Shown here in pieces: positions 1 through 7,330 of a DNA stretch of 12,171 nt. The DNA is taken from NCBI GenBank assembly GCA_964583985.1, contig CAZOYD010000009.1:1-12171 (forward strand), in the 5' to 3' direction. The position numbers and the translations under genes are program-made. The stretch's first letter is position 1; every line of letters begins with the position of its first letter. This DNA comes from an uncultured archaeon (lineage in GTDB: Archaea; Asgardarchaeota; Lokiarchaeia; Sigyniarchaeales; SOKP01). The notes under the pieces were generated by a model. That model did not search any database. It saw only the letters and a list, made by a program, of their open reading frames with translations, and was not told the origin of the DNA.

Positions 1-67
1 ATTTTGTGGCTTGCGATACTACCCATATGCCGAGAAACCAGAGCCAAATACTTATTGATAAGTACAT
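1..67 (-). CDS. Possible 5' end of a membrane protein running off the window edge
   Basis: ATG at 67 opens MYLSISIWLWFLGIWVVSQATK..., which is hydrophobic and open to the edge. Only 22 codons are visible. Confidence 0.3.
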   Translation of the reverse strand, partial: MYLSISIWLWFLGIWVVSQATK

Positions 68-123
68 TTTTTTTTGCTTTTTTTAATTTAAATTCTGCAA
101 GGAGATGTTACTATTATATTTAA

Positions 124-156
124 ATAAAAAAAATAGAATAACAAAAAAACAAAAAA
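124..156 (-). terminator. Oligo-T terminator after the small gene
   Basis: The minus strand has consecutive T-tracts directly after the TAA at 159-157, typical of archaeal intrinsic terminators. Confidence 0.5.
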
Positions 157-294
157 TTACCACGCGATATTATTGTCTCTTGAAAGGCTCAATTCTCCAG
201 GAGGCAAGAATCGAGAATGATCAAAATACTCTGCATAATCAAAAGATTCTTCACTTTTCATTTCTTCCACTAATATTGCAACTTCGATTTCCAC
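157..294 (-). CDS. Small acidic protein, 45 aa (not in the ORF track)
   Basis: GTG(294)..TAA(157) encodes MEIEVAILVEEMKSEESFDYAEYFDHSRFLPPGELSLSRDNNIAW. A GAGGTGA Shine-Dalgarno at 308-302 lies 7 nt before the start, with TTTAAATA at 348-341 upstream and T-tracts downstream. Confidence 0.75.
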   Translation of the reverse strand: MEIEVAILVEEMKSEESFDYAEYFDHSRFLPPGELSLSRDNNIAW

Positions 295-301
295 TAATAA
301 T

Positions 302-350
302 TCACCTCAATTTAAATTCTAATGAGGATTTATTCCAATTTATTTAAATA
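302..350 (-). promoter_or_regulatory. TATA-like box and RBS of the small gene
   Basis: TTTAAATA (348-341) and GAGGTGA (308-302) on the minus strand. Confidence 0.55.
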
Positions 351-424
351 AAAAATAGGGCGTGTTTACAAAATTCAGTGTCAATGAATCTACATCCCTC
401 TTTTTTCAAGAAATTAATAATTTC

Positions 425-1042
425 CTACCACAATAAAGTGATTATTGTTTGAACAAGTATCCAAATGGTAAATAATATGGAATAAGTTTCTATTTTCTCC
501 TTCTTTTCTAACTTATTAATCTCACTGCTCTCAGATTTTTCGAACATAATGAAAGTACTCGTTGAAATTAGAATACTAAATATTGTCCCTGAAGAAAAAA
601 TCTCAATTATAGAAGATAAATTTAAAACTTTTAGCAGAAATAGCTCTAATATGAGAATAACTACAAGTACCGAGAATGTTATAATAATAAAATTTATTGC
701 TCTTTTTAATTGGGTAACTACTAGTTGAAGTTTATTGAACCTATGAATATCCTCATTTTCCTTGACTTTAAGTACAAGTTGCACGCAAATCTGACCAACT
801 TCATTCAGTAGATATTTTCCATTAACATCTTTGGTAATCAGTAAATCATCCATTTCTCTTAAATGATAGTTTAAAATACTACTTTCAGGAATCTTAAGAT
901 TTTTCAAAATCATCGTGTAAGATTGTGGACTATTAGATAAAAGTTTAAGAATCCCTCTTCGCAATGGATGTTTTAACAAGTTAAAGATTTGCGAAAGTTC
1001 CTTTTCTGAAAGTTGTTTATTTGTTATTGTAATTATGATCAC
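425..1042 (-). CDS. ArsR/HTH_20-like winged-helix regulator with C-terminal transmembrane helices
   Basis: N-terminal IFNLLKHPLRRGILKLL...SYTMILKNLKIPESSILNYHLREMDDLLITKDVNGKYLLNEVG fits the wHTH pattern, followed by about 3 hydrophobic segments. The exact start is uncertain because the GTG lies within an SD-like GGTGAT. Confidence 0.8.
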   Translation of the reverse strand: MIIITITNKQLSEKELSQIFNLLKHPLRRGILKLLSNSPQSYTMILKNLKIPESSILNYHLREMDDLLITKDVNGKYLLNEVGQICVQLVLKVKENEDIHRFNKLQLVVTQLKRAINFIIITFSVLVVILILELFLLKVLNLSSIIEIFSSGTIFSILISTSTFIMFEKSESSEINKLEKKEKIETYSILFTIWILVQTIITLLW

Positions 1043-1171
1043 CGAATATCTAAAAGAAAATAAACAGTTTTAAACTTTTTAGGAAAATTTATTTTACAAA
1101 AAAAAACACCATTGATTGGGGTTTCACTATCACTGAATTTTGTATTCCCTCAAAATTGTGCAAAAAAAGTA

Positions 1172-1639
1172 TTAGGATCCTTTTTTTTGGAGATCAAGAT
1201 ATATTCGCATGATTCTTTTCACCTCTGTAATTTTACTAATCCGTGATGGAAAATTCGCTTTCCAATACTTTTTGCCCGCTTCCTTGATAGGCTTGATGAA
1301 TGACTTAAAATCCTGACTTCTTTCCAGAAACTGCTCATTTGTTTCAAGGAGAATGTCTCTTTTAAGCCTAAAATTATAAGGAGCAGCATTAAATTTTGCA
1401 TTCCCAATGAATTTGATTGCCGTCCAAGGTAGATAGTATAATTGGTCAGGTTCATGAAAATTCCCTTTCGTAAAGATAACTGAACGATTTGTCATGAGAA
1501 CGTGTGATTCCCAATACTCTCTCTCTTTAATGTCGAATTCAACGTGACATAACGTGCTGTATAAGATCTCTTCTTCTTCCGGGACCAATTCTACCGCTTT
1601 TGAATGATCGATAGGAACAAAAAAATGCGACAATTTCAT
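1172..1639 (-). CDS. Hypothetical protein, possible PH/GRAM-like fold
   Basis: 155-aa ORF with GGAG just upstream. The pattern EEILYS...HVLMTNRSVIF...LPWTAIKFI resembles PH-like strands. Confidence 0.7.
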   Translation of the reverse strand: MKLSHFFVPIDHSKAVELVPEEEEILYSTLCHVEFDIKEREYWESHVLMTNRSVIFTKGNFHEPDQLYYLPWTAIKFIGNAKFNAAPYNFRLKRDILLETNEQFLERSQDFKSFIKPIKEAGKKYWKANFPSRISKITEVKRIMRIYLDLQKKGS

Positions 1640-1645
1640 ATCTCC

Positions 1646-1667
1646 ATTCTATATTACATTATAGAAT
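1646..1667. promoter_or_regulatory. Perfect inverted repeat, candidate operator
   Basis: ATTCTATA-ttacat-TATAGAAT lies immediately upstream of the start at 1639. Confidence 0.35.
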
Positions 1668-1790
1668 CATGATTACCTTATAATGATCAGCAAATTTCAA
1701 CTCGAAAAGGAATAAAAGATCTTTATTAAAAAATGGTCTTCATAATTTGAAATATGTTGAGTTTAAATAAATTCTTAAAAATAAAGAGTA

Positions 1791-1847
1791 GCGCCCGTGA
1801 AAAGGGATTTGTGGAAACTAAATTACAAAATGGGGGCGCGGGCTTTT
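1791..1847. other. GC-rich intergenic stem-loop element
   Basis: GCGCCC (1791-1796) is complementary to GGGCGC (1834-1839), with an inner TTTGT/ACAAA stem, inside very AT-rich DNA. Confidence 0.4.
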
Positions 1848-2235
1848 ATCAAGTAAATTAAATTGTTTCCCCAAATAAATCAATAATGGAAATTCTATTA
1901 TTTTTTATTAATGGTTTTAAACTTTTAAAATAAAACGTTTTTTACTTATTTCTTCATAGGTTTTTTTGGGAGAGTGATCCACGAAATGAAATAAGCACAC
2001 AAAAGTTCCCAAGATCGATCTTTTTATCTCTTTCAGATTCTTCCTAATAACAATAAATAATAAAAAATTGAATTGTGTTAATAAAAATACTCTTGTTCCT
2101 GAAGAAAAGTTTATCGTGATCCCTTTATAATTAGTGATCGCAGTGACAAAAAGTGAAAATAACAAGGTTCAAAAACCAAACTCCTACTTATTGTTTATTG
2201 TGGCCGAGAATATCGTCACAAAAAAATAATGAAAA

Positions 2236-3489
2236 GTGATTAAAAAAATGGCAACAAATGAAAGATTATCAAGGATAAAGCGTGAAGTTTATTCTTTAGA
2301 CAAGGAGATTTCCACATGCGATGCCTGTGATTCCACGGACATCAAACAAACTCGTGAAGGCTATGTTTGCGCAAATTGTGGGTTGGTGCTTTCGAGTTTA
2401 GTCTTAGAATATCATCATCCTTATAATGAAACCGTGATTCAACATGCTCCTCGTGGAGGAACTCAAATAGGATTATATAAAGAACGAGTGACTACACCTC
2501 AATCTGCTCAACTGCAGAAATGGCAAAAACTTGATTCAGAGCGAGATCGTGAGGAGGATGTGAAAATAAAAGCCCGAAGCGAAATTAAGAGGTTATTGTC
2601 AGGTTTGGGGCTTCCTTTATCAGAATCACAGCATATTTTCAAGCAGTTTTGTGCCATTCGAAAAGTGTTGCAAAGTGGGACTAAGTTCAGGAGTCCCGAA
2701 AAGTTGGTTCCAATTACCATTTATCTTCATTTCAAGCTCAATTGCAAGGGGATCAATGAACAAGAGCTTCTTGAGATATCAAACATAACGAAAAAAGAAT
2801 TTAACGCGTTCAAACTTCAAGTTAAAAATTTTATCCCTTATTATTGCAAGCGAAATCGGAAGGATTACATCCTCCAGAAAATCTTGCAAATAACCGAAGA
2901 ATTTGGAATGGACATGGAATTTTACAATACTGCGAAAAAAATAATGTACTCTTTCTGGGAAGTCATCAAAAATACAAAAGATGACGTGATTGCAGGGGTT
3001 GTTTGTAGCATTGTTGCGTTATGTGACAAACAGAAACGATTAAAAGTGAATGCCATCTGTTTTCATCTCGGAATTCAGATGTCCACCATCCAGCGTCAAG
3101 TAGAACAAAATGTGTTCAATCACTTGCGAGTGAAAGGATTTAAAAGCCTGGTAAAATCTTCTGAATTGCTCCGTAAAGTGATGATCAAGTTAGGGTTAAT
3201 TGAAAAAGATGAGAGAATGCCCATTGTTGAATCATTAATAGAGGTAAATTTAGGGTCGGCCCAAAAAGTCTTTAATCCCCTTAAAACTTTTGAATATTAC
3301 ATGCATGTTATAAAAACTACTTCAGGAACATTTATAATTTTAAATAAATCACCAATGCATGATAAAAACGAGTTTTCAGATTTAAAAAAAATCATTCCGT
3401 TAGGAACACCAGGGAGCGAGAAGATTACCATTAAGGTGCAGAATTATCATTATCCGAAAGGACCTCCCTTACATTTAACAAGTCATTAA
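2236..3489 (+). CDS. Divergent transcription initiation factor IIB (TFB)-family protein with C-terminal extension
   Basis: Zn ribbon CDAC...YVCANCGLVL and two cyclin-like repeats (EIKRLLSGLGLP...FRSPEKLVPITIY...ELLEISNITKKEF; DYILQKI...DVIAGVV...ICFHLGIQMSTIQRQV). The start may be the ATG at 2248. Confidence 0.85.
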   Translation: MIKKMATNERLSRIKREVYSLDKEISTCDACDSTDIKQTREGYVCANCGLVLSSLVLEYHHPYNETVIQHAPRGGTQIGLYKERVTTPQSAQLQKWQKLDSERDREEDVKIKARSEIKRLLSGLGLPLSESQHIFKQFCAIRKVLQSGTKFRSPEKLVPITIYLHFKLNCKGINEQELLEISNITKKEFNAFKLQVKNFIPYYCKRNRKDYILQKILQITEEFGMDMEFYNTAKKIMYSFWEVIKNTKDDVIAGVVCSIVALCDKQKRLKVNAICFHLGIQMSTIQRQVEQNVFNHLRVKGFKSLVKSSELLRKVMIKLGLIEKDERMPIVESLIEVNLGSAQKVFNPLKTFEYYMHVIKTTSGTFIILNKSPMHDKNEFSDLKKIIPLGTPGSEKITIKVQNYHYPKGPPLHLTSH

Positions 3490-3525
3490 ATATTGGTTTC
3501 TGCCTGGAGACTGAAATTTTCTACG

Positions 3526-3590
3526 CTTTTTTCCTTTTTCCTTATCCTTATTTTATTCTGATTTTCTTTTTTTCTCTTTATTTTTTTATG
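3526..3590 (+). terminator. Long pyrimidine/T-rich terminator region
   Basis: Multiple T5-T7 runs downstream of the TFB-like stop codon. Confidence 0.5.
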
Positions 3591-3661
3591 ATTAAGATTT
3601 GTTATAATCTGCAGGGATAATATCTTGATTAGCGATGTTTAGGACAAATTCTTCTTTTTTC

Positions 3662-3669
3662 TTTAAATA
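3662..3669 (+). promoter_or_regulatory. TATA-like box for the 968-aa gene
   Basis: TTTAAATA about 45 nt before ATG 3715, with an SD-like AGGT at 3705-3708. Confidence 0.4.
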
Positions 3670-3714
3670 CTTCGGGAATTACCTAGGTTAAATGCAATAT
3701 TTTTAGGTAGAAAA

Positions 3715-6621
3715 ATGAAAATAACACGAATAATATTTGTTGGTTTGTTACTTACAGTCGTGATTTGCGCGCTCTCATGCACGCTGATCTGTAATGCCTT
3801 CAGACAAGAATCGGTCATGACTTTTGATTATACTTCAGTTGACAATCAAGAGGTTACACCAGTAACTTCTGATGCTACCCTTGAATTCTTGAATAATATT
3901 TTGACAGAAAAAACAGGGGAATATATGACAAATGGTTATTTCTCAAGTTACTATCAGCCAACACTTCAAGCAACATATCAAGCGCTATCAACATTACAAT
4001 CCCTAGGAAGGCTTTCACAAATAGACGAAATTGCGGTGGGAGAATATGTATTGAGTCATTATATCCCCGAGAATTGTTGTTTTATTGATGATACTGCTTA
4101 TAGATACTTGGATGTCGATTTTGACCAGGTATATTACCCACTAACAAGCATGCTTGAAATCACGTGTTATGGAATTCTTTCTCTTCAGATCTTAAATCAA
4201 TCAGGGTCTCTAAACTCTGAGGATCTCATTTATTATATCTGGAGTTGTTATAATCCCATTAGTTCAGGGTTCATTGGAAGATCATACGATTCGAATTTAG
4301 AGCCAAAATATCTAATCTCAACTGCTGACAATACATACTATGCTTTACTCACGTTAGATATTTTACTGAGTGATTGGGAACCTTATCAAAATGAAGCAGA
4401 GGATCTAATAGCATATTTAAATTCACTACAAACAGGAAGCGGGGGATTTTATAACGATTTGGAGATGGCATTTGATTCCATTGGCGCATTTGATCCCAAC
4501 TTGTTCTCCTCGTATTATGCGATAAAGTCATTAGAGGTGCTAGGAATGGAGCAAACCATAGATATTCCGGATTTTCACGAATATTTGAATGCATTATACG
4601 ATTCAGATAAAAATTATTTCACCATATCCCAAATTTCATTTCCGTTCAATGAAAGCAATATCGTGGCAAGTGCAATTGGATTAGAATTATCAGATATAAT
4701 GGGATTTACAAACTTTGATAGAACCCAATTAATTTCATTTATATTGGATGGAAGAACCCACTTGGGAGGATGGGTTTCATCTACTACTGTTCCCTATCAT
4801 GAACTCATTGATACCTTTCAGATCGTGCGATCATTGAAGGGGTCAGGGGAATTGAGTTCACTTGGTTTAGCAGAAAAATCTCAAGTGGCATCTTTCATTT
4901 CATATTGTAAATCGGAAGGAGGGTATGCACCCCTTACTAATGATTACCAAGGATTAGGGCAATTGTACTCATTAGTGAGTTCCTATAAGGTAATGAACCG
5001 CTTGAATGAACTTCCAATTCAGCAATTATATGATTGGATTGCAGGATCCATAGAATTTTTCGAAATTGTAGATGGTTATGGGTTCTTAGGAAGCACTGGA
5101 ATGGAAGTTTCCAGATCTTGGTTTCGTTCCTATCCCTTAGAATTTGATACATCTTGCAAGCACGAGATCATTCCTGAAGTGAGGAATTATTATTCTTCAG
5201 AATGGATGTTCTATGCACTAGAAATTTTGGATGTATTGTTTAAAATGGATGATCTAAAGGGAGATCTAAACTTGACTACCATGATTCGCGGAGTTGCTTC
5301 CACTCAATATTTAGATACTACTCAAAGTCACTTATTCGGAGGCTTTTGCATATCAATTTTGGATACGATGTTTCCTGAAGAATTTCAAGCAAAGAGCGTC
5401 ATATTCGAAAACTCATATTATGCTTTTCGATCCTTAGAAATTCTAAGCGAGGAAATGAATGCTGGTTCAGTGAGAGATCTTTTATTGGATGAAGAAGCTT
5501 TAATAACTCACGTTTCTCGAAACTTGGTAGAAACTTCCACGGACATCTATTTATCACCACTGCATGATAATAGTCCGGAAAAAGCATTGGAAAACACCTA
5601 TCAAGCAATGTATATTCTTAACGCACTAGGAGAGGCTGATCTGGACCATTCAAAAATTCAACATTTTGTAGAAGCGATTCTTGATTATAGTAATATCAAA
5701 AATATTTATTATTCTTATAAAATAACGAAAATGTATGACCTTTCCATTCAATTTGATATCGCCCAAACGCAAGCTCTAATTCAATCAATTTATTCGGATG
5801 AATTCAACCAATTTTATCTTACATCCAATAAGGAAACAATTAAACCATGCGTGCTCGGATGGGTATTTGAAATGGCACGCAATGATGAAGTAAGAATAGA
5901 TATGACTCATGATAACCCAGTGATGCTCGGAGATTATTGTCATTTATCGGTAGCACTGGGAAACTTGGTGTTGGAAAGATTCGGATCTTACGTCACGGTA
6001 AAATTTGAATCGGAATTCTCAGGGACAATCGTCATGGATGCTGTTCCAGAGGGCATTCATGAAACATATCTCTACATTCCAACAGATCCGACGTGCTATC
6101 CCATAGCATCGGGGCATGTCTCTGTATATGATGGCGTGAATAAGATCGCTACTCAAGAGGTACATATTGACACTACCTATGAACTGATGAAGAGTATATC
6201 TTGGAAAAATACTTCTAAGACTTTATCCATTACAATCAACGCGTCTCAAAAATTTGGCACTGGAGAAACTCCCTTGCTTGAAGGTAATGCTTATATCGAG
6301 ATCTATAAGGATGATGAGTTCTTTAGTACCGAACAATTTTCTCAAAAAGATTTTTTAACCTGGACGATGTTTTCATTAATTTACACGCCAACTAGCTCAA
6401 ATTCATACCGAATAATGATTTACTTGGATGATGGTTATGCTTCTGAACCGATTTTGATGGGAGAAACGCAAATTACTTTAGTTGGAAATCCAAATCCCCC
6501 TGAATTTAACCTTTCTGAGGAAGAGTTTACATGGGCTTTAGGACTTGCATTTGGGTTCACATCAATACCTGGAAGCATCATTTACTTGGCTAGAAGAAAA
6601 CAAATGAATCGCAAGCTCTAA
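3715..6621 (+). CDS. Secreted, C-terminally membrane-anchored prenyltransferase/squalene-oxidase-repeat (alpha/alpha barrel) protein
   Basis: N-terminal signal peptide and about 12 repeats of the GG[FWY]...T[YF]xAlxxLxxLG type (e.g. SLQTGSGGF...SSYYAIKSLEVLG, TADNTYYALLTLDIL, ENTYQAMYILNALG). These are followed by a beta-rich region, a Pro linker, the TM segment WALGLAFGFTSIPGSIIYLA and a basic tail RRKQMNRKL. Confidence 0.8.
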   Translation: MKITRIIFVGLLLTVVICALSCTLICNAFRQESVMTFDYTSVDNQEVTPVTSDATLEFLNNILTEKTGEYMTNGYFSSYYQPTLQATYQALSTLQSLGRLSQIDEIAVGEYVLSHYIPENCCFIDDTAYRYLDVDFDQVYYPLTSMLEITCYGILSLQILNQSGSLNSEDLIYYIWSCYNPISSGFIGRSYDSNLEPKYLISTADNTYYALLTLDILLSDWEPYQNEAEDLIAYLNSLQTGSGGFYNDLEMAFDSIGAFDPNLFSSYYAIKSLEVLGMEQTIDIPDFHEYLNALYDSDKNYFTISQISFPFNESNIVASAIGLELSDIMGFTNFDRTQLISFILDGRTHLGGWVSSTTVPYHELIDTFQIVRSLKGSGELSSLGLAEKSQVASFISYCKSEGGYAPLTNDYQGLGQLYSLVSSYKVMNRLNELPIQQLYDWIAGSIEFFEIVDGYGFLGSTGMEVSRSWFRSYPLEFDTSCKHEIIPEVRNYYSSEWMFYALEILDVLFKMDDLKGDLNLTTMIRGVASTQYLDTTQSHLFGGFCISILDTMFPEEFQAKSVIFENSYYAFRSLEILSEEMNAGSVRDLLLDEEALITHVSRNLVETSTDIYLSPLHDNSPEKALENTYQAMYILNALGEADLDHSKIQHFVEAILDYSNIKNIYYSYKITKMYDLSIQFDIAQTQALIQSIYSDEFNQFYLTSNKETIKPCVLGWVFEMARNDEVRIDMTHDNPVMLGDYCHLSVALGNLVLERFGSYVTVKFESEFSGTIVMDAVPEGIHETYLYIPTDPTCYPIASGHVSVYDGVNKIATQEVHIDTTYELMKSISWKNTSKTLSITINASQKFGTGETPLLEGNAYIEIYKDDEFFSTEQFSQKDFLTWTMFSLIYTPTSSNSYRIMIYLDDGYASEPILMGETQITLVGNPNPPEFNLSEEEFTWALGLAFGFTSIPGSIIYLARRKQMNRKL

Positions 6622-6709
6622 AAAGATTATAATAAATCCTTTTTTTAGACTCCTTTTTAATTATCATCATATTTCTGAGAGAGATATATTACGCGCAGAT
6701 CATTTTTTT

Positions 6710-6717
6710 TTTAAATA
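6710..6717 (+). promoter_or_regulatory. TATA-like box, probably for a leaderless transcript
   Basis: TTTAAATA ends 21 nt before ATG 6739. Confidence 0.45.
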
Positions 6718-6738
6718 ATTTCAAACTGTCATAATTTA

Positions 6739-7329
6739 ATGCAAGACGAGACACAATTTTCGGCCATAATCTTAGGATTGAAGAATTTGATTTTAGTACT
6801 CAAGAAATTTCACCAACACCCTAATAAATCGCTCAATTTTAGTAAATTAGAGGATCAGTGGGGCATTTCAAGTGAAGATGTGGAATCACTCAGGGATCTC
6901 ATCCTTCAATTTCAAGATTTATTCATCAATTCATTTGCAGGATATCAATTAGAGAAAAAATGGATGAATGGAAACAAATATTTAACTTTCTGGCCTAGAA
7001 CTAACGCGAACTGGCACGATGAATTAAAGGAAGTGTGGATCTCTCAAGAAGAAGCAGCTGATGTAAGTGATATTGTAATTTATTTCCAAGAAGTCAAGAT
7101 TGGCAAGGGATTTGACATTAAGGTTGCCAACTCTCAGTTTACCAAGAAAGTAGTGCAGTTATTTAAGAACCATCCCTACTTTTTTCACTCCCAGGGAAAT
7201 AGTCTCATCTACCCTTCTGCTTTAGCCTTGAGATTAGGCACGGAGATTGTCACGTTTAAAAAGACTAATAGAACTCTTTCACATTTGACGGTTGATGAAT
7301 ATGAAATCTATATTGAAGGAGGAAGATAG
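6739..7329 (+). CDS. Hypothetical protein, possibly tandem winged-helix-like
   Basis: 196-aa ORF with an HTH-like segment SLNFSKLEDQWGISSEDVESL and a wing-like hairpin. Its stop is separated by 1 nt from the helicase ATG. Confidence 0.75.
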   Translation: MQDETQFSAIILGLKNLILVLKKFHQHPNKSLNFSKLEDQWGISSEDVESLRDLILQFQDLFINSFAGYQLEKKWMNGNKYLTFWPRTNANWHDELKEVWISQEEAADVSDIVIYFQEVKIGKGFDIKVANSQFTKKVVQLFKNHPYFFHSQGNSLIYPSALALRLGTEIVTFKKTNRTLSHLTVDEYEIYIEGGR

Positions 7330-7330
7330 A

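Noticed and set aside
105-347. 80-aa plus-strand ORF
   Set aside because: Low-complexity shadow of the minus-strand 45-aa gene, which has the better RBS, promoter and terminator support.
1219-1455. 78-aa ORF nested in 1172..1639
   Set aside because: Alternate frame inside a longer, more protein-like gene.
1791-1847. tRNA or SECIS interpretation of the GC-rich element
   Set aside because: No cloverleaf or T-loop, no clear tandem GA kink-turn core, and no adjacent gene with an in-frame TGA.
1974-2139. GTGATC occurring three times and the palindrome AAGATCGATCTT (2011-2022)
   Set aside because: Short and irregularly spaced, so not distinguishable from chance without comparative data.
1917-2165. 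82-aa minus-strand ORF
   Set aside because: TTG start, no RBS, and an F/K/I-rich composition expected from AT-rich intergenic DNA.
2508-5608. Antisense ORFs 2508..2720, 4349..4594, 4937..5152 and 5399..5608
   Set aside because: All lie opposite well-supported genes and show no motifs.
7292-7330. Longer helicase start at 7292
   Set aside because: It would overlap the upstream gene by 38 nt. ATG 7331 directly follows that gene's stop and gives a normal distance to the Q motif.
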